Positions 1 through 9,083 of a DNA stretch of 32,000 nt are shown piece by piece. Below the pieces are notes generated by a model. The model searched no databases. It worked only from the letters and a program-made list of their open reading frames with translations, and was not told where the DNA came from. The translations under genes were made by a program, and so were the position numbers. Source of the DNA: Pyrinomonadaceae bacterium (GTDB taxonomy: Bacteria; Acidobacteriota; Blastocatellia; Pyrinomonadales; Pyrinomonadaceae). The first letter of the stretch is position 1, and every line of letters begins with the position of its first letter. Where the stretch lies: assembly GCA_035557535.1 (NCBI GenBank), contig DATMDU010000171.1, forward strand, positions 814,622 through 846,621, given 5' to 3'.

Positions 1-1091
1 ACTTACGGCTGCCAACACTGGCGGCCGTATCTCTTGAGTGGGAGATTTTTGACCAAAATTCTGAGAACGCTCATTTCTCTGCAGTTGAACGGCGCGAATG
101 TATCGCATCGTCGTCTTCAGATCCTTGTGGCCCATCAGCATCATTATTGTTAAAGCCTCATATCCCGCTAGCGCTAGACGCGTACAGAAAGTGGCCCGCA
201 GGTCGTGCCACCAGAGTCCTTCGATCTTCGCCATTCGACACGCTGTGTGAAAGGACCGTTTGATGTCTGTGAAGGGTTTACCTGTCTCCGGATTTCCAAA
301 CACATAATCATCAACGCCTTTCCCGCTACAAAGCGATAGCAGAATGTCACGAACTTCCGGGTTCAAAACGTCCATTGGGATTTCACGGTTCTTACGGCCT
401 TTGGTCTTTGCCGCTACGACAACGTTGCGCGAGAAATCTACTTGGTCACGACGTAGATTCAATTGCTCGCGTTTTCGTAAGCTAAGACCAAGAGCCACAG
501 TAACCATCCCTTTTAAGTGTTCCCGCTTCCCTGTTAGCACTCTCATCAGCACTGGTTCTTCCTCTGGCAACAGGTATCGGTAACGCTCATTGTCCAGTTT
601 GAACTTCTTGACCCGACTGCATGGGTTGCTTTCCGCCTTCTTAAAGGCAATCGCCAAATTGAAGAGGCGACTAAGCATCTCAAACTCTCGATTCACCGAA
701 GCGTGAGCCCGAGGTGTGCCATTCTTGGTCGGTGTCTTAATCCGCTCATGCTTGAACTTCTCAATCAGAAAAGGATTGATCTCACACAACGCCTTCCCTT
801 TGAAGTAGTCCTTGAGAACCGCAGCGTAAATCGCATCCCCTTTCCATGAGCGTTTATTGGCTTTGGCCCAGGGCATGTAAATCTCGTCAATAAACTTGTC
901 GAGTTTTATGGTGCCGGATTGAACCAAACCAAACGACCTTCAAAGACCTCCTGCTTGATCTTCGCCTCCGCTTGTTCTGCTTGCCACTTTGTGCGGGCCT
1001 CAGGGAACGATCCCCTGTACCGCACGCCCCGCACGCGAAAGTCGTAAATCCAATGCGTGCCCTTCCCACCTCGTTTGTTGTAAACAGCCAT
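1..1091 (-). pseudogene. Tyrosine-type site-specific recombinase/integrase, frameshifted near the N-terminus; C-terminus continues past the left window edge
   Basis: N-terminal part MAVYNKRGGKGTHWIYDFRVRGVRYRGSFPEARTKWQAEQAEAKIKQEVFEGR (906..1091). The other frame reads on as SGTIKLDKFIDEIYMPWAKANKRSWKG... to WWHDLRATFCTRLALAGYEALTIMMLMGHKDLKTTMRYIRAVQLQRNE (catalytic HxLR, GHK and Tyr motifs), open to base 1. Confidence 0.88.
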
Positions 1092-1147
1092 TCTTTCTCC
1101 TTAGAGGTTGCAGCCACCAAAGAGAATGCCCGAATGGTCTCAGCCTG

Positions 1148-1213
1148 ATGAAAGATAGCCGCTATCGTCACCCATTCTATTGGGCTGGTTTCATCATGGT
1201 TGGAAAGACGTGA
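1148..1213 (+). pseudogene. Possible C-terminal remnant of a CHAT-domain protein (MKDSRYRHPFYWAGFIMVGKT*)
   Basis: Short peptide resembles the typical CHAT-domain terminus (xRYRHPYYWAxFVLIG). Nothing upstream supports an intact gene. Confidence 0.3.
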
Positions 1214-1485
1214 CGGTCGGCGTGGTGGACACCGAAGTTACTCATCTCCGGACCGATGGCAATCGGGCGATTGCGGGCTGGCGCACAACGATTGGCACCA
1301 AAGAGAACCAGGGTTTTGATGTCGCGGGCTCACATCTGTTCACATTTCAGAATGGTAAGATCAAGAGCCTGCGGGTTTCGATATCGCCCAAACCCGATCA
1401 GAGTCATCTAGAAAGCTTGCGGATGGCCGATCTCTCGGTGGCGGATGTTGGAAGACTCTCGTTGGCAGCGTGGCCAGTTGTCTAA
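1180..1485 (+). CDS. NTF2-like/SnoaL-like small protein, probably an N-terminally truncated fragment
   Basis: ORF with TVGVVDTEVTHLRTDGNRAIAGWRTTIGTKENQGFDVAGSHLFTFQNGKIKSLRVSISPKPD, typical of NTF2-like folds. The N-terminal helix region is missing. Confidence 0.4.
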   Translation: MGWFHHGWKDVTVGVVDTEVTHLRTDGNRAIAGWRTTIGTKENQGFDVAGSHLFTFQNGKIKSLRVSISPKPDQSHLESLRMADLSVADVGRLSLAAWPVV

Positions 1486-1889
1486 ACAAGGCGTCAAATC
1501 AAAGCTGAGCCTGGCGCTGATCATTCTGGCAGTAAGCGATCTTCAACGGTCGCTTGGATTCTATCGCCGAGTCTTCGATTGGCAGGAAGCTGTCAACACA
1601 CCCGGCTATGTAGAATTTCAACTGCCAAATGATTTGCGCCTTGGCTTATATTTGCGCGAGGGGTTTGCCCGGAACGTCGGGCAAATGCCTTTGCTTGTGT
1701 CAGAAGCTGGATTGACCTCAACAGAAGTATTTTCAAACGGCCGATCTTGCTGGATTAATCGCGCGTCTGGAAGAAGCAGGCGCTCGCAAACTGAGTCCAC
1801 TGGCGCTTCGCGACTGGGGCGATGAAGCAGCCTACTTCGCCGATCCCGACGGCAACGTCATTGTCGCTGCGCGAACGGTATCCATTTAA
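1445..1889 (+). pseudogene. VOC/glyoxalase-like protein, frameshifted near 1740
   Basis: N-terminal frame LSLALIILAVSDLQRSLGFYRRVFDWQEAVNTPGYVEFQLPNDLRLGLYLREG. C-terminal frame DLAGLIARLEEAGARKLSPLALRDWGDEAAYFADPDGNVIVAARTVSI* ends at 1889. Confidence 0.75.
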
Positions 1890-2221
1890 AAGTCCTGAAT
1901 CCCTGTTCTCACCAACCTGTTGATGAAAGATAACCACTATCGGCACCCCTGGTTTTGTCTTTTTCGACCTGAAACAACTGAGCCAGTCAGAGATACAAAA
2001 ACTCTGGCAACCAGTTGAAAACACACCTTCCCTCCTCCGCTTTGTGATCGCAGTCTCAGCCGGATATAACCACGAGTAACGGGACGGGCCGCTCCCCGAG
2101 AGCTTGCAGGCTCCTCCTACGGGCGTTGCCGTTCATGAGGCTGTGACGCCCACCTTTCTCTATAATGACCCTCCGAATATAATAAAAGAGACCTGCCGCG
2201 ACCTATGATCTTCAAGCTGGG

Positions 2222-3676
2222 ATGGGGGCTTGGTTTCCGCTGAACAACGCCAACGAGAAAATACTTGTAGTCGATGACGACCAGGCAATTCGCTGGACGC
2301 TAAGCGAAGCTTTGCGAAGTTGGAGCTTCGTGCCTGTTGAAGCTGGGACGGTCGCTGATGCACTGGCTCAATTCCACGGAGAATCGCCAGCTGCCGTCCT
2401 GCTGGATATCGATCTCCCCGATGGCTCTGGGCTGGATGTGTTACGCCAGATAAAGCAGGAGCGACCGGAGTCGATTGTTATTATGATCACTGGCAATGTG
2501 CAGGTTGAAAACACTATCTCTGCCCTTCGTGGTGGTGCTTACGATTTCATTAGCAAGCCTATAAGCCTGGAGGAACTTCGCGTCACCATCCGTAACGGAA
2601 TCGAAGCTCGTCACTTGCGGCGTGAAGTGGACCAAGTAAGAAAGGAACGAGCCAGAGAGTTTAACTTCCGGCAGATTGTAGGTGAGTCTCCAGCGATGAA
2701 GAAGATGCTTGGGCTCGCTGCCAAAGTGGCGGAGAGTGAAGTGTCTTCGGTCCTGCTGCAAGGCGAGTCAGGCACAGGCAAAGATTTAGTTGCAAAAGCT
2801 ATTCACTATGGATCGCAGCGGGCCGACAGCCCCTTTATCGCGATCAACTGCGCCGCGCTTCCTGCAACACTTATCGAATCCGAACTGTTTGGCTACGAAA
2901 AGGGAGCCTTCACTGATGCGAAGGCGCGCAAGGAAGGTCTATTCGAGCAGGCCCAAGGAGGCACGCTTTTACTGGATGAGATCGGTGAGCTTGAACTAGC
3001 TCTGCAGGCGAAACTACTGCGTGTGCTGGAGGAAGGAACGTTCAGACGTGTAGGCGGCTTAAAAGACATTCCGCTTGATGTGCGCGTACTAGCCGCATCC
3101 AATCGGGATCTAAAAAGTGAAAGCGAGGCGGGTCGTTTTCGTCTCGACCTTTACTATCGTCTCTCAATAATCCAGATAGACATTCCGCCTCTTCGTGAAC
3201 GAGGCGACGATGTCTTGTTACTATCTCAGCACTACATCGAGACGATCGGATCGCGACTTCGCAAGAATAACAAAATCACCAGTCTGTCGCCGGAAGTAGT
3301 AACCGTGTTTCGAAGGTATGACTGGCCGGGCAACGTCCGTGAACTACGCAATGTTATCGAACGCACCTTAATCCTCGAAGACCACGATACGATCACCACG
3401 GAATATTTGCCTGGAGGACTCGTGGGCGGACCGATCCGCAGTGCGGGTGCTATTTCCCATGAGAAGTTGGTTGAGCAGTTTATCCTCCCCAGCGAAGGAA
3501 TTTCTCTTGATGAAGCAGAATTGGCTTTTGTACGCCAAGCCATCGAACGCTGCGGTGGCAACCAAACAAAGGCCGCCGAATTATTAGGCATTTCGCGCGA
3601 CCAGTTGAGGTACCGACTAAAAAAGCTTGAAGAAGCACGCGGCCTCACTGCCGATTCCGGAACCACGACTTCCTAA
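2222..3676 (+). CDS. Sigma-54-dependent two-component response regulator, NtrC family (REC, AAA+, Fis-type HTH)
   Basis: [18 protein letters not shown] receiver; Walker A GESGTGKD; GAFTDA (GAFTGA-type loop); [12 protein letters not shown] Walker B; C-terminal [28 protein letters not shown]. Confidence 0.95.
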   Translation: MGAWFPLNNANEKILVVDDDQAIRWTLSEALRSWSFVPVEAGTVADALAQFHGESPAAVLLDIDLPDGSGLDVLRQIKQERPESIVIMITGNVQVENTISALRGGAYDFISKPISLEELRVTIRNGIEARHLRREVDQVRKERAREFNFRQIVGESPAMKKMLGLAAKVAESEVSSVLLQGESGTGKDLVAKAIHYGSQRADSPFIAINCAALPATLIESELFGYEKGAFTDAKARKEGLFEQAQGGTLLLDEIGELELALQAKLLRVLEEGTFRRVGGLKDIPLDVRVLAASNRDLKSESEAGRFRLDLYYRLSIIQIDIPPLRERGDDVLLLSQHYIETIGSRLRKNNKITSLSPEVVTVFRRYDWPGNVRELRNVIERTLILEDHDTITTEYLPGGLVGGPIRSAGAISHEKLVEQFILPSEGISLDEAELAFVRQAIERCGGNQTKAAELLGISRDQLRYRLKKLEEARGLTADSGTTTS

Positions 3677-3681
3677 TAACG

Positions 3682-5616
3682 ATGGCTGCCACTAACACTA
3701 GATCGCCGAATACGGAGCATCTTCCAGAGGAGGCGTTAGAGCGCTCGCTTAAGGAATTGGCAGACATCAAGTTTGCGCTAGACGAGTCTGCAATAGTAGC
3801 CATCACCGATCAGCGCGGGATCATTAATTATGTTAACGACAAGTTCTGCGATATCTCAAAGTACTCCCGGGAAGAGTTGCTTGGTCAGGACCACCGCATT
3901 ATCAACTCCGGCTATCATCCGAAAGAGTTCATTAGACACTTGTGGACCATGATCGCTAGTGGCCAAGTCTGGCGCGGTGAGATCAAGAACCGGGCGAAAG
4001 ACGGGAGTTACTATTGGGTCGACACAACCATCGTGCCGTTTCTCAACTCCGACGGAAAACCCTACCAGTACGTTGCGATCCGCAGTGACATAACTGAGCG
4101 GAAACGTGGCGAAGAACGAATTCGCGAGCAGGCGGCGTTACTCGATCAAGCGCAGGACGCAATACTGGTGCGTGACCTTGAGCAGAACATTTTGTTTTGG
4201 AACAAAGGAGCTGAGCGTATTTATGGCTGGAGCGCAGAGGAAGCGGTTGGCAGGAACGCAGCGGAATTACTGCTTAAAGAGCCGTCTCGCCAGTTTGAAA
4301 ATGCCCGGCAAGCCGTCATCGACAAGGGTGAGTGGAGAGGTGACATTCGCCAGCTTCGCCGCGACGGTGCCGAAATTATCGTGGAGAGTCGCTGGACGTT
4401 GGTGCGCGACGATCAAGGAGCGCCAACTTCCATACTAGTAATCAATACCGACATCACCGAGAAGAAGGGCATGGAGGCGCAGTTTCTGCGCGCTCAGAGA
4501 ATGGAATCCATTGGCACTCTCGCCGGTGGTATCGCGCATGATCTTAATAATGTGTTGTCACCGATCTTGATGGCAATCGATATGCTCCAGTTGAAAGCAA
4601 CTGACGAAGCGACCAAGAAGTGGTTGGAAGTCTTACGCACCAATGCCGAGCGCGGCGGCGACATGGTGCATCAGGTGTTGTCGTTTGCCAGGGGCGTTGA
4701 AGGCGAGCGCGTGGCATTGCAGCCGAAGCACCTAATCAAAGAGATCGTTAAGATTCTGCGCGAAACGTTGCCTAAGTCGATTGAAATCAATTTCCACCTG
4801 CCCGACGACCTATGCATCATTTCGGCCGATGCGACTCAGATGCATCAGGTGCTGATGAATCTTTGTGTCAACGCTCGCGACGCCATGCCCGAGGGTGGGT
4901 CCATCTCGATCAAAGCAGAGAACACTTTGGTCGACGAGAACTACGCTCGAATGCACATCGAGGCCAAGCCCGGCCGATTTGTTCTTATCACCGTTTCCGA
5001 TACGGGACCGGGAATGTCACCGGAAATCCAGAGCAGAATTTTCGAACCATTCTTCACCACGAAGGAGATGTCAAAAGGCACTGGCCTGGGACTCTCAACT
5101 GCGCTGACAATCGTAAAGAGTCATGGTGGCTTCATGAATGTCTATAGCGAGGTCAACAGGGGGAGTCAGTTTGCGTTGTATCTTCCGGCACTCGACGCGC
5201 CCGGAAAAACCGAAGCAGGCGCTTTCCAAGCGGATCTTCCGGTTGGTAGTGGCGAGTTGGTCTTGGTAGTGGATGACGAGGAATCAATTCGTGCGATAAC
5301 TCGCGGCACACTCGAAACGTTTGGCTACACGGTTCTAACAGCAAGTGACGGTACCGAAGCGGTGGGACTTTATGCTGATAGAAAGAACGAGATCTCGGTT
5401 GTCCTTACCGATATGATGATGCCTTTCATGGATGGACCAGCAACCATTCGCGCGTTGCAAAAGATGAATCCCACAATCAAGATCATTGCCGCCAGCGGCC
5501 TCACGGCCGGCCACAAACCAGGTGAGGGTTCCCTCGAAGGCGTCAAAGTATTTCTAAGTAAGCCCTACACGGCGGAGAAACTTCTCAAAGCTCTCGCCGA
5601 GATTCTAAAATCCTAA
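3682..5616 (+). CDS. PAS/PAC hybrid sensor histidine kinase (two PAS, HisKA, HATPase_c, C-terminal REC)
   Basis: PAS-type segments; ESIGTLAGGIAHDLNNVLSPILMAIDML H-box; DTGPGMSPEIQSRIFEPFFTTKEMSKGTGLGLST; C-terminal receiver LVVDDEESIRAITRGTLE...VLTDMMMPFMDG. Starts 5 bp after the regulator stop. Confidence 0.95.
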   Translation: MAATNTRSPNTEHLPEEALERSLKELADIKFALDESAIVAITDQRGIINYVNDKFCDISKYSREELLGQDHRIINSGYHPKEFIRHLWTMIASGQVWRGEIKNRAKDGSYYWVDTTIVPFLNSDGKPYQYVAIRSDITERKRGEERIREQAALLDQAQDAILVRDLEQNILFWNKGAERIYGWSAEEAVGRNAAELLLKEPSRQFENARQAVIDKGEWRGDIRQLRRDGAEIIVESRWTLVRDDQGAPTSILVINTDITEKKGMEAQFLRAQRMESIGTLAGGIAHDLNNVLSPILMAIDMLQLKATDEATKKWLEVLRTNAERGGDMVHQVLSFARGVEGERVALQPKHLIKEIVKILRETLPKSIEINFHLPDDLCIISADATQMHQVLMNLCVNARDAMPEGGSISIKAENTLVDENYARMHIEAKPGRFVLITVSDTGPGMSPEIQSRIFEPFFTTKEMSKGTGLGLSTALTIVKSHGGFMNVYSEVNRGSQFALYLPALDAPGKTEAGAFQADLPVGSGELVLVVDDEESIRAITRGTLETFGYTVLTASDGTEAVGLYADRKNEISVVLTDMMMPFMDGPATIRALQKMNPTIKIIAASGLTAGHKPGEGSLEGVKVFLSKPYTAEKLLKALAEILKS

Positions 5617-5629
5617 GCATTAAAGAAAA

Positions 5630-5661
5630 CGAGGATGCACACAGCCTCGTGTACGTCCTCG
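5630..5661. terminator. Candidate bidirectional hairpin between convergent genes
   Basis: CGAGGA...TCCTCG arms with an inner CAC/GTG pairing, flanked by A-rich sequence on the left. No clear U-tract. Confidence 0.35.
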
Positions 5662-5687
5662 GCAAACCGGCCTCTCAGGCAAGCTAA

Positions 5688-6275
5688 TTACTCAACAGTC
5701 AGGTTGGTGTAAGTGAATACCATGTCGCCGGTGAGCGTCGTCTTTTGGCCTTTCTCTCCAGCTGTCAAGGTGCCGGTGAATGTCGCGTAACCCGTAACAC
5801 CGCTCCATGACTGGGTTCCGCCATCAATGGTTAGCACGATGTAGACGTTGGCGCTGGGGCCCGTTTTGTCCCAGATCATTTTACCCTCGGCGATGGTGCC
5901 GTAGAGCGAGCCTGCGTAGCCGCCTTTAACCTCGGTAATGTAAACCGGCAGAGTCCAGGAGCCACCCTTTAGGAAGGTGGTTTCACCCGGCACTGCGATG
6001 GCCGGCGAACAGTTCATCGACAGAGTGAACGATCCAGGGAATGCCCCTGTCGTCCGCCCCAGAAAACTGTAGCCGAATTGGGTTTCTTGTTTTTCACTGT
6101 CAAAGCCAGCGAGGCCATCGGTAACTTCGATAGCGTTGACTCTCGCGACTGACCCGATCGGTTCCGGCGGCAGCCGCAGAGCTGCGCTCCCCTTACGCTG
6201 GGCCATAACACCAGCGCCCAATCCAGACAGAAGCACGAAGACTAAGGTCAATAGAACATATTTGCTTGTTTTCAT
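5688..6275 (-). CDS. Secreted hypothetical protein
   Basis: Signal peptide MKTSKYVLLTLVFVLLSGLGAGVMAQ followed by a beta-rich 170 aa domain. Family not recognised. Confidence 0.7.
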   Translation of the reverse strand: MKTSKYVLLTLVFVLLSGLGAGVMAQRKGSAALRLPPEPIGSVARVNAIEVTDGLAGFDSEKQETQFGYSFLGRTTGAFPGSFTLSMNCSPAIAVPGETTFLKGGSWTLPVYITEVKGGYAGSLYGTIAEGKMIWDKTGPSANVYIVLTIDGGTQSWSGVTGYATFTGTLTAGEKGQKTTLTGDMVFTYTNLTVE

Positions 6276-6681
6276 TGGATTTTCTCCTCTTTATGATTGT
6301 TAGCGCCAGCGGTGGCCCAGCCTTACCGCAAATCTCCCGGGTATTGGAATAATGCCGAACGAACTTGCCTATCACGCAGACAGTGCGCGCTGACGGGCGA
6401 AAAATACAAAATGAGTAATGAAAGATGGTAAGCGCGAATCGCAATTGTTTCTTTTCAGGCATGCACTCAACGCTTCTTCAAAGATCGCTCAAGCCGGCCA
6501 ATCCAAACTTCCGAACTTGGCGGCTGCGCATGTGAGGCGCAATCGTTGTGCCCTGACACAATCTTAGGAAATGAGTGGTCCACCGGTGATCGATTGTCCT
6601 GGCACTGAGTACATCTACTCACGCTTGCGAAAAAGTCCTCAGCAACCGCGCTTGGCAAGCGCTCTCCTGCCCGATCTCCAA

Positions 6682-6697
6682 CGGCACACGCGTTGCG
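6682..6697 (+). promoter_or_regulatory. Candidate sigma-54 promoter (-24/-12) upstream of the PPOX-family gene
   Basis: cGGCACacgcgTTGCg, GG(6683-6684)-N10-GC(6695-6696). 9/12 match to TGGCACG-N4-TTGCW. ATG at 6744. Confidence 0.6.
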
Positions 6698-6743
6698 AAC
6701 TCATCCGTTGGTGAGTTGGTCGGCCAGTTGGTTGGAGTGTGCT

Positions 6744-7166
6744 ATGACAAAAACACTAAGTAAGGCGGAAGCGGAAAACTTAATCGCTAGCGGCAGGATC
6801 GGGCGTCTCGGCTGTGTTGACAACGGCGAGCCCTACGTTGTGCCAGTCAATTACCTGTTTGAGGACGGGTCGATCTATAGCCACTCGTTGCCAGGCCGAA
6901 AGATTGATGCCATGAGGACGCATTCACGCGTCTGTCTTCAAGTAGACGAGATCGCGAGTGATTTGGTGTGGAGGAGCGTCATTGCATACGGCAACTTTGA
7001 GGAAATTCGTGTCCCGAGTGACCGGCGATCCATCTTGAGCAAGCTGCTGGTTCGTTTTCCACTGCTAACTCCAGTTGAATCGGTCATGGCGCGGGACGCG
7101 GGTGCGCCTGACAGCATCGTGTTTCGAATAATTGTCGATCGGATTACTGGCGTGGAAGAGCGTTGA
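6744..7166 (+). CDS. Pyridoxamine 5'-phosphate oxidase family (flavin-nucleotide-binding) protein
   Basis: MTKTLSKAEAENLIASGRIGRLGCVDNGEPYVVPVNYLFEDGSIYSHSLPGRKIDAMRTHSRVCLQVDEI...SVIAYGNFEEI. GGAG precedes the ATG. Confidence 0.88.
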   Translation: MTKTLSKAEAENLIASGRIGRLGCVDNGEPYVVPVNYLFEDGSIYSHSLPGRKIDAMRTHSRVCLQVDEIASDLVWRSVIAYGNFEEIRVPSDRRSILSKLLVRFPLLTPVESVMARDAGAPDSIVFRIIVDRITGVEER

Positions 7167-7188
7167 GCGAAGATCTAGAGGAGCCTGA

Positions 7189-7914
7189 GTGACCCGGATG
7201 GAGCATGAACATTCGGCAGAAGCGATTAAAGAACGGCTGGCCGCTGGACCAGCGCACAACTATCTTCGCGACTGGATCTACGGTGGGATCGATGGAACCG
7301 TCACCACCTTCGCGGTTGTGAGTGGCGTAGCCGGCGCGCAGCTCGCTCCCTGGATCATCCTGGCTCTCGGCTTTGCCAACCTGTTTGTTGACGGCTTTTC
7401 CATGGCCGCCAGTAACTTCCTTGGTACTAAAGCTGAGCAAGACGATTTGCAGCGCCTGGAGGCCATAGAGAATCGACATATTGATTTGTCGCCCGAAGGT
7501 GAACGAGAAGAAGTCAGGCAGATTTTTCAGTGAAAGGGTTTTGCCGGTCAGGATCTGGAGAGGATGGTCCAACTTGTCACGGCCGACCGTAAGCGTTGGG
7601 TTCGCACGATGCTGACGGAGGAGTATGGCCTGCCATGTGAAATACGTTCTTCGTGGATCGCGGCCATTAGCACGTTTAGCGCTTTCCTTATTTGCGGGCT
7701 TGTCCCGTTGCTTCCCTTCTTGTTCAAAGTCCCCCATGCGTTTGAAGTCTCGATCATCGTGACGGGAACTGTTTTCCTCGTAATCGGATCCGCCAAGAGT
7801 AGATGGTCCACCGCTTCGTGGTGGCGCTCAGGTCTTACGACCCTGCTTGTTGGCGCGATTGCCGCAGCGCTCGCCTACGCTGCGGGCGTGGTCTTAAAGA
7901 GTCTGCTCGCCTGA
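7189..7914 (+). pseudogene. VIT1/CCC1-family transporter, interrupted by in-frame TGA at 7531-7533
   Basis: N-half AHNYLRDWIYGGIDGTVTTFAVVSGVAGAQ...DGFSMAASNFLGTKAEQDDL...VRQIFQ, TGA, then the same frame KGFAGQDLERMVQLVTADRKRWVRTMLTEEYGLP...VITGTVFLVIGSAKSRW...GAIAAALAYAAGVVLKSLL. Confidence 0.85.
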
Positions 7915-7947
7915 GAAGTGTTTCGAGTTCTCACTTGGGCAAACGAG

Positions 7948-8676
7948 ATGATTCCATTCACCGCTGATCAGTTCCTCAATGTGTTCCCGCGATACAACCT
8001 TGCCGTTTGGCCGGCACAAATAGTTCTTTACGCGCTCGGAATATCCGCCATCTGCATGGCTATACGACGGAAAGCAGACCGCAGCAGGGCGTTAGCATTA
8101 TCCTCTTGATGTTCTGGATATGGATGGGGCTGGCCTATCACTGGTAGTTTTGGCACGATTAACAGGGCCGCGCTGATCTTCGCGGCTTTCTTTGTCTTGC
8201 AAGGCCTTCTCTTTTTCATCACAGGAGTTTGGAGGCAACAGCTTAGGTTTCGCTTTCACTAAATCTCCATGGAAATATTGCATCCCTTCTGTATGCACTC
8301 GTCGTCTGCCCACGCTCGGATACCTGGTTCGGGCCATCGATATCTGGCCGCGCCAACTCTTGGCCTTCCCTGCCCGTCAACGATTTTCACTTTTGGCATA
8401 TTGCTCTGGACCGATCGCCACATTCCGTTACCTCTTGGCGATACCGGTCGCATGGTCGTTCTCGGCTTCTGGGCAGCAATTTCCCTGGGAATGAAGGAGG
8501 ACTACGGGTTGTTAGGGGCGGGATTGCTGGGATCAGTTCTCATCACCTTGCGAAACAATTCCATCATACCAGCAAATCGAAACTCATCTCAGCAAATTGG
8601 TTTCAAGCGAGAAGATAAGGAAGCAATCCAACCCAGACCCTTTTTTGTGGAAGATTCGCCTCTGAAGAAAGCTTAA
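7948..8676 (+). pseudogene. DUF6064-like membrane protein, degenerate with several frameshifts/stops
   Basis: MIPFTADQFLNVFPRYNLAVWPAQIVLYALGISAI (frame 1); ILLMFWIWMGLAYHW (shifted); NRAALIFAAFFVLQGLLFFITGVWRQQLRFRF; then GHRYLAAPTLGLPCPSTIFTFGILLWTDRH...LGFWAAISLGMKEDYGLLGAGLLG. Confidence 0.65.
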
Positions 8677-9083
8677 ACTTCCTTAAGGCTTTGTAGTCGC
8701 GCCCGTATCTCATCCCGTACCCGCCTAAAGGTCGCGAAGCGTTTTTCCTCATCACCTTGCGCAGCCGCAGGGTCTTCAAAGCTCCAATGGATGCGCTCTG
8801 TCTTGCCGGGGAAGATCGGACATTGTTCGTTCGCGTTATCGCAAACCGTGATCACGTAATCAAATTCTTGTCCGGTGAACTCATCGACTGATTTTGAACG
8901 GTGGCCAGATATGTCTATGCCGACTTCGTTCATAACCTGGATTGCTTCTGGCCGTACACTGCTTGGCGCGACGCCCGCGCTCGCTACCTCAAATCCTTCG
9001 CCCGCATCGTGTCGTAACAATCCTTCGGCCATCTGACTACGCGCGGAGTTTCCGGTACAGAGTATTAGAACGCGACTTTTCAT
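8673..9083 (-). CDS. arsC: Arsenate reductase, low-MW phosphatase fold (ArsC)
   Basis: [22 protein letters not shown]-loop CX5R; [18 protein letters not shown]; HWSFEDPA. Paired with acr3. Confidence 0.92.
   Translation of the reverse strand: MKSRVLILCTGNSARSQMAEGLLRHDAGEGFEVASAGVAPSSVRPEAIQVMNEVGIDISGHRSKSVDEFTGQEFDYVITVCDNANEQCPIFPGKTERIHWSFEDPAAAQGDEEKRFATFRRVRDEIRARLQSLKEV

Noticed and set aside
1092-1147. tRNA-associated attachment site next to the recombinase
   Set aside because: No tRNA-like sequence or obvious direct repeat found on the visible side; the other side is outside the window.
2121-2151. GGGCGT...ACGCCC inverted repeat upstream of the sigma-54 activator
   Set aside because: Only 6 bp with a 19-nt loop and no U-tract. 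The nearby TATAAT at 2161..2166 lacks a convincing -35, so neither was called as a feature.
7531-7533. UGA recoding (selenocysteine or alternative code) as explanation for the VIT1 stop
   Set aside because: TGA serves as an ordinary stop elsewhere, the family has no known selenocysteine, no SECIS-like hairpin was recognised, and the molybdoenzyme uses Cys. Mutation or sequencing error is simpler.
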